From positions 127,320 to 191,319 of the forward strand of contig JAVHQC010000022.1 in NCBI GenBank assembly GCA_036170915.1: a stretch of DNA of 64,000 nt. Reading direction: 5' to 3'. The position numbers and the translations under genes were made by a program. Position 1 is the stretch's first letter, and each line of letters begins with the position of its first letter. Of the stretch, positions 35,642 through 46,357 are shown piece after piece. Under the pieces are notes generated by a model, which saw only the letters and a program-made list of their open reading frames with translations, made no database searches and was not told the DNA's origin. Origin of the DNA: Cyanobacteria bacterium auto_48_18. Its GTDB lineage: Bacteria > Cyanobacteriota > Vampirovibrionia > Obscuribacterales > Obscuribacteraceae.

Positions 35642-38600
35642 ATGTTTGTTGATTTCTTTATCGGGCGGCCCATTTTCGCTACAGTGTGCGCCCTGATTAT
35701 CATTTTGGCGGGTGCCGTAAGCATTCCCACTTTGCCTTTAGCTGAGTATCCTGATATTTCTCCACCCAAAGTTTCGGTAACTGCGGCCTACACCGGCGCC
35801 TCGGCCGAAGTGGTTGAGTCTGCCGTAACCACTCCTCTTGAGCAAGCTATTAACGGCGCGCAGAACATCAAATACATTACTTCTACAAGCGGCAATGATG
35901 GCACTTCGACCATCAATATCAACTTTGACCTGGGGCGCGACGTTGACCTCGCCGCAGTCGATGTGCAGAGTCGCATCTCGTCTGCGCAAGGCCGGCTGCC
36001 AGAAGAGGTGAAACGCACAGGCGTCACTGTGGCGAAAGTCTCTAACGCTTTTGTGCTCGCCATTGGTATTCTCACCCCCGACGACCGCTATTCAAGCCAG
36101 TTTCTAAGCAACTACTCAGATGTCTACATCAAAGATGCTATTAAGCGCGTCAAGGGTGTGGGTGATGTGCGCATTTTTGGCGAGCGCAAATATTCAATGC
36201 GCATCTGGCTCGACCCCGGCAAGCTAGCCAATAAGGGTGTGACGCCGCAAGATGTGGTGGCGGCCATTGTCGAGCAAAACGTGCAGGTGGCAGCCGGGCA
36301 GATTGGCCAGGCACCTTTGCCGCCGGGGCAGATGTTCCAGATGAGCATACGGGCCAAGGGCCGTTTGAAAAATGCAGATGAGTTCGAAAATATTATTGTG
36401 CGCAATGGTGCCGACGGCCAGCTCATACGTTTAAAAGATGTGGGCCGAGCCGAACTTGGTGCTGAAGATTACGGCAACGTTGTGCGCTTCAGGGGCAAAG
36501 ACGCGGTGGGCATCGGTGTCTTTCAAAGGCCAGGATCTAACGCTTTAGAGATTTCACGCGGAGTGCGTGAAGAAATGGACAAACTGGCGAAGCGTTTTCC
36601 CCCTGGTATGAAGCACGAATTTGCATTTGACACCACATTGTCTGTGCGCGAATCTATCAAAGAAGTACTGATTACCCTGGCTCAGGCAGTGCTTTTAGTT
36701 GTGCTTGTAATCTTTGTATTTTTGCAGAGCTGGCGATCGACTTTGATTCCGGTAATCACTATTCCGGTGTCATTAATCGGCACTTTTGCGGTGATGAAAG
36801 TACTCGATTTTTCCATCAATACTTTGACGCTTTTTGGTATTACGCTAGCCACCGGCTTGGTTGTGGACGACGCCATTGTTGTCATTGAAAACATCACCAG
36901 GTTTATCCACGAGCATAAGCTGCCGCCTCGCGAAGCCGCTTCACAAGCTATGGCTGAAGTGACCGGAGCTGTTATTGCCATATCGCTGGTGTTAGGGGCG
37001 GTGTTCGTGCCGGTGGCGTTTTTCCCTGGTACCACCGGGCAACTCTATAAACAGTTTGCTTTAACCATTGCTATCTCGGTGGCTATTTCTACTTTTAACG
37101 CCCTGACCCTAACCCCGGCCCTGTCGGCATTATGGCTGAAAGAAGGAGATGAAGGCGGCGGCAAATTCTTCAAGCCCATCAACTGGGTGATTGACGGCTG
37201 TCGCAATTTTTATACCAGCACACTGGCAATGGTGCTCAAATTTAAGCCACTGGTGCTGGTGCTATTTACTTTGCTATTGGGGGCCACTTACTGGCTCTCA
37301 AAAGCCGTGCCGACGGCCTTTATACCTGATGAAGACGTGGGCTACTTTATTGTTATTGTGCAAGCGCCTGAGGGAGTTTCGCTCAATTACACCCTTGGCG
37401 TATTGCGCAAATTAGAAGACGAAATTGGGAAATGCCCTGAGGTGGTGAGCTCGTTCGGCATCGCTGGATTTAGCTTTAGTGGTACAAACCCCAATAATGG
37501 TATTGTCTTCTGCAGCCTCAAGCCATGGCACGAGCGCCACGGCGATGAGCATAGCTTGAAAGGCATCATAAATCGGCTACGTGGGCCACTTGGCGGCATT
37601 ACCGAAGCCATGGTCATACCTGTGAGCCCGCCTGCCATTCAGGGCCTGGGTAACTTTGGCGGCTTTGCTTTTGAGCTGCAAGATCTTTATGGCACCGACA
37701 TCAAACAGTTAGCCCAAGTGACCATGCAAATGATGATGGCGGGCAATCAAGATAAACAGTTGAGCGGTGTGTTCTCCACATTTACGGCGTCGAGCCCTCA
37801 GCTTATTGCTGAGGTGTTGCGCGATAAGGCCCGCTCGCTCAATATTTTGATGAGCGATGTTTTCGGCACGTTGCAAATACTTCTGGGTTCGTCTTATGTC
37901 AATGACTTTGATTTAGGCAATCGCATCTATCGCGTTTACGTGCAGGGAGACGCGCTGTTCAGGGCCAACCCGCGCAACATCGATGAGTATTATGTGCGCT
38001 CGCGCTCTGGCGAAATGGTGCGCATGAGCAATCTGGTCAAAATCGAGCGCACTACAACTGCGCAAACAATCAATCACTATAATTTATTCCGCTCGGCAGA
38101 AATTAATGGCTCTACTGCCCCTGGGGTGAGTTCAGGAACGGCTCTGCAAGCCATGGAGAATGTGGCCGCCAAAGTATTGCCGCAGGGTATGAGCTATGAG
38201 TGGTCAGGCATATCGGCAGAAGAAAAAGAAAGCGGCCCGCAAGCGACCATGCTGTTCTTGCTCGGAATTATTGTGGTCTTTCTTGTTTTAGCGGCGCAGT
38301 ATGAAAGCTTTGTCGACCCGGTGATTATTTTGCTTTCGGTGCCTCTGGCCATGTTCGGAGCACTGCTGGCGCAGTACATGCGGCATCTCGATAATGATGT
38401 GTTTTGTCAGATTGGGCTTGTAATGCTTGTGGGCTTGGCCAGTAAGAACGCGATTTTAATTGTAGAATTTGCCAATCATTTGAAGAAGCAGGGTGTTGAG
38501 CCTGAAGAAGCGGTGAGACAGGCTTGTGCTACTCGTTTTAGGCCGATTTTGATGACATCGTTGGCATTTGTTTCTGGCATTTTGCCACTGGTCTTTGCCA

Positions 38601-38752
38601 CCGGTGCTGGTGCATCAAGCCGTCACTCACTTGGTACAGCTGTGTGCGGAGGCATGATATTTTCTACCGTGCTCAGTCTTTATATTGTGCCTGTGATTTA
38701 TTTGACTGTGGGGGCGTTGCGGGCTCGGGTTTCTTCTTCTAAAAAGCGGTGA
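35642..38752 (+). CDS. RND efflux permease (HAE1/AcrB family)
   Basis: FFIGRPIFA, GLVVDDAIVV, KNAILIVEFA, RFRPILMT. Confidence 0.96.
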   Translation: MFVDFFIGRPIFATVCALIIILAGAVSIPTLPLAEYPDISPPKVSVTAAYTGASAEVVESAVTTPLEQAINGAQNIKYITSTSGNDGTSTININFDLGRDVDLAAVDVQSRISSAQGRLPEEVKRTGVTVAKVSNAFVLAIGILTPDDRYSSQFLSNYSDVYIKDAIKRVKGVGDVRIFGERKYSMRIWLDPGKLANKGVTPQDVVAAIVEQNVQVAAGQIGQAPLPPGQMFQMSIRAKGRLKNADEFENIIVRNGADGQLIRLKDVGRAELGAEDYGNVVRFRGKDAVGIGVFQRPGSNALEISRGVREEMDKLAKRFPPGMKHEFAFDTTLSVRESIKEVLITLAQAVLLVVLVIFVFLQSWRSTLIPVITIPVSLIGTFAVMKVLDFSINTLTLFGITLATGLVVDDAIVVIENITRFIHEHKLPPREAASQAMAEVTGAVIAISLVLGAVFVPVAFFPGTTGQLYKQFALTIAISVAISTFNALTLTPALSALWLKEGDEGGGKFFKPINWVIDGCRNFYTSTLAMVLKFKPLVLVLFTLLLGATYWLSKAVPTAFIPDEDVGYFIVIVQAPEGVSLNYTLGVLRKLEDEIGKCPEVVSSFGIAGFSFSGTNPNNGIVFCSLKPWHERHGDEHSLKGIINRLRGPLGGITEAMVIPVSPPAIQGLGNFGGFAFELQDLYGTDIKQLAQVTMQMMMAGNQDKQLSGVFSTFTASSPQLIAEVLRDKARSLNILMSDVFGTLQILLGSSYVNDFDLGNRIYRVYVQGDALFRANPRNIDEYYVRSRSGEMVRMSNLVKIERTTTAQTINHYNLFRSAEINGSTAPGVSSGTALQAMENVAAKVLPQGMSYEWSGISAEEKESGPQATMLFLLGIIVVFLVLAAQYESFVDPVIILLSVPLAMFGALLAQYMRHLDNDVFCQIGLVMLVGLASKNAILIVEFANHLKKQGVEPEEAVRQACATRFRPILMTSLAFVSGILPLVFATGAGASSRHSLGTAVCGGMIFSTVLSLYIVPVIYLTVGALRARVSSSKKR

Positions 38753-39088
38753 TTATAATTTTTCGCCTTGAACAACGCGCTTCCATTCGCTGTAAGTGAA
38801 ACGCAGTGCTGAAATCATTATCAGCGGATTGCGAATTTCTAGAAAAACCGGTTTGTTTTTTTCGAAAACATAGTGACCGATGAGCTGAAGTGCCCAGCCG
38901 ACAGCATGCATCAGGGCGGCTCGTTTGAAGTTGAAGGGCAGCATTAGAAAAGAGATGGCAATCATGGGCACGCCCACCATGTGCGTTATTTTGCAGCCGC
39001 TGGTGCGGTGCTGCGATTGATAATACACATAGTTTGCGGCTGCGGCATTTCGCAGAGTGTTGCTGGCTTTAATAATACTGGTGCGCAT
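38753..39088 (-). CDS. Mpo1/DUF962-like membrane protein
   Basis: H....THMVGVP...GWALQLIGHYVFEKNKP. Confidence 0.85.
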   Translation of the reverse strand: MRTSIIKASNTLRNAAAANYVYYQSQHRTSGCKITHMVGVPMIAISFLMLPFNFKRAALMHAVGWALQLIGHYVFEKNKPVFLEIRNPLIMISALRFTYSEWKRVVQGEKL

Positions 39089-39372
39089 AAATAGATGATC
39101 TCTTCGATTGGCTTCTTTTATTATTGCTCAAATCTGGCGGGCCACAACCTTTTGGTTTGGTATGGGTAGTGCTGGTGAAAAGCCTAAGAAATTTTACAAC
39201 CTCTGGGTTGTAGATTTATACAACTTAGTAGTTGTAGCGGTCTCACTGTTGAGATGGGTTCGCATTACATTATGCCGTATGGAGATCGAATTGGAGACGC
39301 GATCGAAGCACTTGGAACTTTCTCAAGCACGGTTGGTCTACTCAAGTTCTAACTTCAGGGGTAGTTGAGTTT

Positions 39373-40836
39373 ATGCAATCAGTGGCGTCGGCAAAAGAAA
39401 ATGATTCACAGCTAACGCTGCTTGAGATACATGACCACCCGTGTTCAATTTACGAGACTGCTGAAGAGCTAAAGCGACAGTTTGTGCCATATTTACAGGC
39501 TGGACTGGTGTTAGGTGAGCGTTGTGTTTACTTTATTGATGAGAGCGACGAAAATTTTGTTATTGATGCCATGCGGGTCAATAAGTTTGACATTGAAAGA
39601 CATTTGAAGTCAGGCGCTTTTGCCATTATTCACACGAAGGACGCCCACACTAAGGACGATCATTTTGCTGAAGCGAAAATGATGAGCTACTGGTCTGAAG
39701 CGCTAGCTCAGTCGCAAAGAGCTGGTTTTCCTTCCATGCGTGCTGCTGTTGAGATGACGTGGGCTCTGGCTGGAGTTCCTGGCAGTGAGATGCTAACCGC
39801 CTATGAAGCGCGTTTGAATGATTTTGTCGATAAGAATAAAGTGTCGGTACTCTGCCAGTACAATCGCAAGAGATTTCCGCCAAGTAAGCTCAAAGCCGTT
39901 ATTCATGCCCATCCTATACTTGTGGCTGAAGACCACGTGATGCGCAACAATGCAGTGGTGCATCACGAAAGATTTGTGGAAGATTCAGCAGAGCTTGATT
40001 TGCAAGTTTTGATGGACAACATGTTTTTGATCAAGAAGCTGCAGACTGCGCAAGATTCGCTGGAAGAAGCATTTGATGAACTGAACGAAGTTTCGTACAT
40101 GATCTCTCACGAATTGCAAGAGCCGCTCACGGTTATTCGCAGCTACCAGAAGCTGCTGGCTGTGCGCTATAAGGGCCGCCTGGGTTCTGATGCTGACGAC
40201 TTCATTCAACGTTGTAGTGAGGCAACGGCCATTATCGAGCGCATGATCGACGACCTCTGGACTTACGCTCGCATCACCAGATCTGGTCAGCCTTTTGTGC
40301 GTATCAATTCAGAGCAGGTGATTATTGCTGCCCTCAAAAAAATTGAGCCCCAACTCGGTGCGCCGTTGCCTGCCATTACTTACTATAATCTGCCCATGGT
40401 AATTGGCGTGGAAGAGCAGTTGATTGAGCTTTTCCGAAAGCTTTTAGAGAACGCCATTGTGCATTCGGGCTCTAAGTCAGCCAGCATCAATATAGTTGCT
40501 ACCGAAGCCAGCGATGGATTTTGGCAGTTCGCTCTTGCCGACGACGGCGCCGGAATTGACAGCGTGCGGGTGATGGAGGCCTTCAGGATGTTCAATCGGC
40601 TAGACAAAAGACCTGGTGCTGATGGCTCAGGTATGGGTTTGCCTGTGGCAAGAAAAATCGTAGAGTTCCATCAAGGTCAGCTGCGCATCAGCTCTCAACT
40701 CGGGAAGGGCGTGACGGTGCTCTTCACTCTGCCGGGTGCAACCGCTCAGTTTGAGAGTAAATCATCAAATTTTGGTGGTGAATTGAACGGCCGCCGCCGC
40801 CGCAGATTGTTGGAAAAGCACAGTCGCGATTATTGA
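39373..40836 (+). CDS. MEDS-domain histidine kinase
   Basis: DHPCSIY...YEARLN...LCQY...HP; ISHELQEPL; GSGMGL. Confidence 0.88.
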   Translation: MQSVASAKENDSQLTLLEIHDHPCSIYETAEELKRQFVPYLQAGLVLGERCVYFIDESDENFVIDAMRVNKFDIERHLKSGAFAIIHTKDAHTKDDHFAEAKMMSYWSEALAQSQRAGFPSMRAAVEMTWALAGVPGSEMLTAYEARLNDFVDKNKVSVLCQYNRKRFPPSKLKAVIHAHPILVAEDHVMRNNAVVHHERFVEDSAELDLQVLMDNMFLIKKLQTAQDSLEEAFDELNEVSYMISHELQEPLTVIRSYQKLLAVRYKGRLGSDADDFIQRCSEATAIIERMIDDLWTYARITRSGQPFVRINSEQVIIAALKKIEPQLGAPLPAITYYNLPMVIGVEEQLIELFRKLLENAIVHSGSKSASINIVATEASDGFWQFALADDGAGIDSVRVMEAFRMFNRLDKRPGADGSGMGLPVARKIVEFHQGQLRISSQLGKGVTVLFTLPGATAQFESKSSNFGGELNGRRRRRLLEKHSRDY

Positions 40837-41558
40837 GTCAAACCTAACTCTTTCGCTCGGGCCAGGTCTTTCGCTGCGGCACCTTTGTTTCCAAGTTTTT
40901 CGAAATTCTGGGCGCGATTCCAATAAAAATTTGCATTTTTATCATCAAGTTTAATAGCAGCATTAAAATCGCGCGAGGCCTGTTTGTAGGCGCCTATGTT
41001 GGTAAAGGAGCGGCCGCGATTATTGAGTGCATGCGCGCTTTTGGCATTGATTTTGAGAGCCTGGCTAAAATCTTCGATGGCCTTCTGGTCATTGCCCAAG
41101 TGGCGCCATGAGCGGCCGCGATTGTTGAATGCGATGCCATAATCGGGCTTTAGCTCGATGGCACGGTCAAAATCTTTAATTGCGCGTGTATATTCGTGGG
41201 TTTCGTGCAAGGCGTAACCGCGGTTGTTGAGCGCTTCCCAGTTGGCAGGAGTTTCGTCGAGAATGAGATTGTAGAGTTCTAATGCTTTTGTCCAGTCGCC
41301 GCTGTCGATGGCTGCCTGAGCGCTTATCAGTGTCGCATCAAGAGCACTGATAAGCGCAGGCGTTGCCGGTGGTGGTGGAATAGTGCCAGAATTAGCCGGG
41401 GGTGGCGAATTAGTGCCAGATTTAGAAGGTACTGCAGCGGTTTGTGTCAGCAACGGCTGACTACTTTTTGTTTCGTCAGATGCCGCAGCCACGGCGGGTA
41501 AAGTAATGGATGTGACCAGCGCCAGCAGCAGTAGAAAGCTAGAAAAGTTTTCGTTCAT
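40830..41558 (-). CDS. Secreted TPR protein
   Basis: Signal peptide, Pro-rich linker, NNRG...AI.DF..AI repeats. Confidence 0.9.
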   Translation of the reverse strand: MNENFSSFLLLLALVTSITLPAVAAASDETKSSQPLLTQTAAVPSKSGTNSPPPANSGTIPPPPATPALISALDATLISAQAAIDSGDWTKALELYNLILDETPANWEALNNRGYALHETHEYTRAIKDFDRAIELKPDYGIAFNNRGRSWRHLGNDQKAIEDFSQALKINAKSAHALNNRGRSFTNIGAYKQASRDFNAAIKLDDKNANFYWNRAQNFEKLGNKGAAAKDLARAKELGLTQ

Positions 41559-41600
41559 GAATTAATAGTAGCAATATTATTGCAGCGGTGAAGCTGTAAA

Positions 41601-44419
41601 TTATGGCACAGCTTGGGCCGTAGCCAAATAGGTCTGCAAACGTGCAAATTCTAATTCGAGCCGCGAGATACAAAATCTTGCTTTTGGCCAGTCTAGGTCG
41701 CGGCCAAAGCCCTCGGATTCAGCGCACATGTCACGCATTGATTCTGCAGTCAGTGTAGAGCAAAGACCCTTAAGACCATGAGCTGCGTCAAGCAAGTCTT
41801 GCTGATTTCTGTCTGTGCAAGCCTGATTGAGCCTGGCTATCTGTATGGGCACTTCGGTCGTAAATAGATTGATCAGCCTTCTACTGTGTTCTGCATAGCG
41901 CTCGTTAATGACTTTGAGATCAAAAAGCTTCACGGCCTTTACATGTTCTATTTGTACTGGTGATTGATCAACTTGGTCGTCCGTCGATATTGACTTAGGC
42001 AGCCACTTTTCGATCATTGATTGCAGCGGGGCAATGTCAATTGGTTTGCTAATATAATCATCCATTCCTGCAGCAATGAACCGCTCGCGATCGCCTTTTA
42101 GGGCGCTGGCGGTCATGGCAATAATAGGAATATGCTTGCCGCTTTTTAATTCCCCCTCGCGAATTAATTTCGTTGCCGTCAGGCCATCTATATCTGGCAT
42201 CTGGCTGTCCATCAGAATCAATGCGTATTCAGTCGAGTTATTAGCGTCGATTGCTGCTTGACCGTTGGCGGCAATGTCGCATGAATAGCCCATGGTGTCG
42301 AGGTAAATTTGCGCCACTTGTTGGTTGATGATGTTGTCTTCCGCCACTAGAATTAATTCGCGATGGCGCACTGCTGGCGTAAATGTGTCTTGCGCAGCAG
42401 CGGCGGTTTTGGCAATGATTGCCGCGTCACCGCATACCGCTGCAATGATACAATTGAACAATTGCGATTGTCGCACAGGTTTGGTGGCATATCCTTTAAA
42501 GCCCAGAGCTATGGCTTGGGCACCGAGACCGGCTGTATCCATAGCAGTGAGCATGATCAATGCACATTGTTGAGTGACGGGTCTTCGAAAACCTCTTTGG
42601 CCATGTCCATGCCATTTTTGTGCGGCATAGAAAGATCGAGAATGACAATTTTGTATGGATCGTTTTGCTCCACGCCAGCGCGCAGCAGCTTCATGCCGGC
42701 TTCTACAGTAGACACTGAGTCGTTGCGCAGACCCCAGGACGTGAGATAGTGATGCACAATCTCTCGTGAATTTGGCTCATCATCAACGTTTAAACTCCTC
42801 ACCCCAAATAGTTCGGCCTGCGCAGTTACGGAAGGGCCTGGGGCACAACACTCAAAAGGCACCAAGAACCAGAACGTTGATCCGCTGTCTTTTATGCTCT
42901 CGATGCCGATGGTTCCTTCCATCAGCTCAACCAATTGTTTGGAAATACTCAGACCAAGGCCAGTGCCACCAAATCGACGATTAATAGTGCCGTCCGCTTG
43001 CATAAAAGGTTGAAACAATTTGTCTTGCTGTTCTTGCGTCAGGCCAATGCCGCTATCGGTAACTGAAAATCGCACGTTCACTTTGTCTTGGCTTGTAGTC
43101 TGGACCACAGCTTTGACTATCACTTCACCGCTTTGAGAAAATTTGATGGCATTTGAAATGAAGTTTATAAGTATCTGCTGCACGCGTTCTTGATCGCCGC
43201 GCAGGCGCAGAGGCATGGACGGGTCAATAAAACTCATCAAAGTCAAATTTTTCTGCCTGGCGTTATTGGCCAAAATTTCGCAAGCGGTTTCAACTACCTT
43301 CACCGGGCTGAAATCTGTTCTTTCAAGGTCAATGCGGCCAGCTTCTATTTTGCTAAAATCTAAAATGTCATTGATGATTGTAAGTAGAGAATTTCCGGCA
43401 GTTTTAATCGCTCTGGCATAGAGGGTCTGTGCTTCACTCATACTTGTGGTTAACAGCACATTGCACATGCCAATAATGCCGTTAAGCGGTGTGCGAATTT
43501 CGTGGCTCATGTTAGCCACAAATTCAGATTTATATTTGGAGGCCGCTTGAGCTTGATCTCGTGCCAGAGCCAGCTCTCCATTGAGCATCTGCAATTCGTG
43601 GCGAGATTGTACTTGAGCGTCTTCATATTCTTTGCGATCAGTGACGTCGCGAAAAACTTCGGCAAATCCGCGCAGGAGGCCATTATGGTCTCTCAGTGGA
43701 GTGGTGGTAATGTGGGCAAAAAATTGTGAGCCGTCTTGGCGCACACGCCAGCCTCTCTCATCAAAACGTCCGAGAGTTCCGGCATCGTTCAACTCTTGCA
43801 ATGGCTTGCCGGCAGCGGTGGCTTCAATTGTATAGAGACGTGTGAAAGATTGACCGGTAATTTCATCAGCGCTATAGCCGGTAATGCGCTTTGCCCCTTC
43901 ATTCCAGGTGATAATCACTCCATCTGGGTTGAGTACGATGATGGCGTAATCGAGAACGCTGGACACCAGTGGGCGAAAAATTTCTTCCTCTTCTTTAAGT
44001 TTCGCCAGGGCATCGTCAGAATTTTTTCTATCGGTCATATCGCGAGTAATTTTGGCGAAACCGCGCAGCTGTTTTTCTTTATTGTAGAGAGGAGTGATGG
44101 AAATTTTGGCAAAAAATTGAGTGTTATCTTTGCGCACTCTCCAGGCAACGTCTTCGAAGCGACCTTTCAATTGTGCTTGCTTGAGCTCAAAGGCTGGTAA
44201 TCCCGCCTGTTGATCTACTTGTGTATAAAATTGCGAAAAGTTTTTGCCGATTATTTCGTCGGCCAGGTAACCTTTGATTTCTTCCGCCCCTTTATTCCAG
44301 GTGAGAACTTCACCATCTGGGCCGATCATATAAATGGCGTAATCTGAAACGCTGGTTATAAGCAGGCGAAATAGCTCGTCGGAGACTTTATGTTGATTTT
44401 TAGCAGGTGACATAAACAC
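41601..44419 (-). pseudogene. PAS-PAS-HisKA-HATPase-REC-REC-Hpt hybrid kinase split by a 1-nt frameshift at ~42560
   Basis: ORF 42557-44419 ends mid-REC (LDLSMP...PSLNNVH*); 41601-42560 resumes LIMLTA...GYATKP. Confidence 0.8.
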
Positions 44420-44642
44420 GCTTTGATGGTGCCATTGAATGAAATTTGTAATTCATTTCAATAGCGCGGTTTAGTCACTATCCAAGGTTCTAGGGATTCC
44501 GCTGACTCCCTGTGTTTCATTATGCCTTATTTGAACGGATAAAGCTCAAGTTGTGCGCTGCGTAGGCGGCTGTTGAGCTAACTTTTGTGGTTTTGATAGA
44601 GTCATTTGCAGGAATAAAATTTGAGAGAAATGTCAGTGACAT

Positions 44643-45314
44643 GTGGTTAAAGAACTTGTGAAAAGCGGTGCTGACTTGATAATCAAAGGCTTACGCTCAC
44701 CGGCCCCGGCAGTAATATTTTTGATTGCCGCGACTGCCCAAATGGTTTGTTGTTTGCCCGATGGTCAGGCCAAAAGCCTTGACACCATTCATGATCAGGG
44801 CGATATGAAAATAGCTGCGATAAATAAGCCCCAATTTCATCAGAATCTTTTGAAAATTGCCTCTGAGTATCAGAATTATGGCAAAGTTGACGATATGGCT
44901 CGCTGGGCTCCGTGGCTATGCTCTGCACCTCCGCCGCCCAAAGCTCGATTGAGTGCCAGCACCGATGGTGGCACCCACGGTAGAAAAGTCTATTATCTAT
45001 TTGCCAAGAATCGCGATGCTTACATGAAGAAAGAGCCGTCGCCGGTAGGTCAGGTGGTGGTGAAAGAATCATGGCTACCCAAATTTGATAGCGCCGGCAA
45101 TGCCGTGGCAGGTGGTGCTAAACCTACCGAGAAGCGAGGTTTGTTCATCATGTACAAACTTGATTCTAAGGTGCCTGACACAGACTTAGGGTGGGTCTAC
45201 GGAACAGTCACGGCGGACGGCAAAACTATCACTTCGGCCGGTCGTGTGCAGTCTTGTATGAGCTGTCATATTCACACGCCAAACGATCGGTTATTTGGAT
45301 TGAAAGAAGATTGA
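44643..45314 (+). CDS. Cytochrome P460-family protein
   Basis: VVVKES, LFIMYK, GWVYG, C-terminal CMSCH heme motif. Confidence 0.8.
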   Translation: MVKELVKSGADLIIKGLRSPAPAVIFLIAATAQMVCCLPDGQAKSLDTIHDQGDMKIAAINKPQFHQNLLKIASEYQNYGKVDDMARWAPWLCSAPPPPKARLSASTDGGTHGRKVYYLFAKNRDAYMKKEPSPVGQVVVKESWLPKFDSAGNAVAGGAKPTEKRGLFIMYKLDSKVPDTDLGWVYGTVTADGKTITSAGRVQSCMSCHIHTPNDRLFGLKED

Positions 45315-45505
45315 TTGTTCTGCGAAATAGTGATTGTCAGGTGGTGCGCTTCAGCTGGGCGAAAAATGCGCGAACAACTTTTGATGATTGCTGTTGAAAC
45401 AAATGCGCTAGATCGCTCATCTTGGTAACGAGTGTTTTCAAGAGTGTTTCTTAGTATGTGTTCACTCGGTACGTAACGGCTATCGCAGTGGCGCTGGGAA
45501 AATTC

Positions 45506-45594
45506 TTCCGATATCGGAACAAAAAATGCTTGTCAGCCAGGGCTGTCAAGAAATGGAAAAAACATTCTTGCAAGAACCGCGCCAGCCCTTGACA
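45506..45594 (+). promoter_or_regulatory. Two perfect palindromes and a TTGACA upstream of the lysozyme cassette
   Basis: TTCCGATATCGGAA 45506-45519; TTCTTGCAAGAA 45565-45576; TTGACA 45589-45594. Confidence 0.5.
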
Positions 45595-45869
45595 ATAAAG
45601 TGTTAGGTAGAGATAAGTTTGAAGTTTCGTAAAGTGCTGCAGACGCCTGTAATTAGCTAAGCAAAAGTTGCTAGAAAGGCATGTACATCTTTTCTTCTCT
45701 TTAAACACACGAATCAAGCAAACAGTAAAAACCATAGCTCTTAACTTCAATCATCCCCACGCAGTCTCTGTGCCGGTGAATAAGGTTTGAGCTTTTTTTG
45801 CACTGTGAGCTTTTTTCGTTTCAACAGCGACGGCTTTACCAAGCTGCGCTAAACATCAGGAGACACCTC

Positions 45870-46325
45870 ATGTGGAATCCCTTCAGATTTTTCTTTGTCA
45901 AACAAGACCTACCGGTCGATGCCAAAGCTACCGATTCTTATTTTGAGAAAGTGATCAAATACATTCCTGCCGATATCGTCGCCGCATGGCTCGCTATCGA
46001 CGGCATTCTCAAAGACCAGACCACCAATCCGCTCTGGTTGGTCTGGACCGTTTTCGCTTTCCTCACCGTTCTAACCCCGCTCTACGTCGTGTACATGAAA
46101 ACCGACCCGCCGGGCTTTGGGCCAACCAAAACTTTTCACTGGATGGCCTCGACATTCGCTTTTGTGGTCTTTATCTTCGCGCTCGGTGGGCCTTTCGCCC
46201 TCACGTTCGACTGGTATCGCCCACTCTACGGCACCGTTGTGCTGATTCTTACCACCCTTTTGCTGCCGCTTTTCGAGCGCTTCTTTACCCGCCAGGGTTT
46301 GCCCCAACTTCCCGGCAAAAAGTAA
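45870..46325 (+). CDS. Small four-TM membrane protein
   Basis: AGGAG RBS, ATG 45870; YFEKVIKYIPADIVAAW and four hydrophobic segments. Confidence 0.8.
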   Translation: MWNPFRFFFVKQDLPVDAKATDSYFEKVIKYIPADIVAAWLAIDGILKDQTTNPLWLVWTVFAFLTVLTPLYVVYMKTDPPGFGPTKTFHWMASTFAFVVFIFALGGPFALTFDWYRPLYGTVVLILTTLLLPLFERFFTRQGLPQLPGKK

Positions 46326-46357
46326 GCCAAGAAGCCTCTAACCAAGAGTAAAAAAAT

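Noticed and set aside
39108..39368. 86-aa ORF upstream of the MEDS kinase
   Set aside because: No RBS or recognisable motif; occupies a divergent promoter region.
45640..45860. c-di-GMP or other known riboswitch
   Set aside because: Only scattered GCAAA/GAAA words; the consensus stems could not be built by eye.
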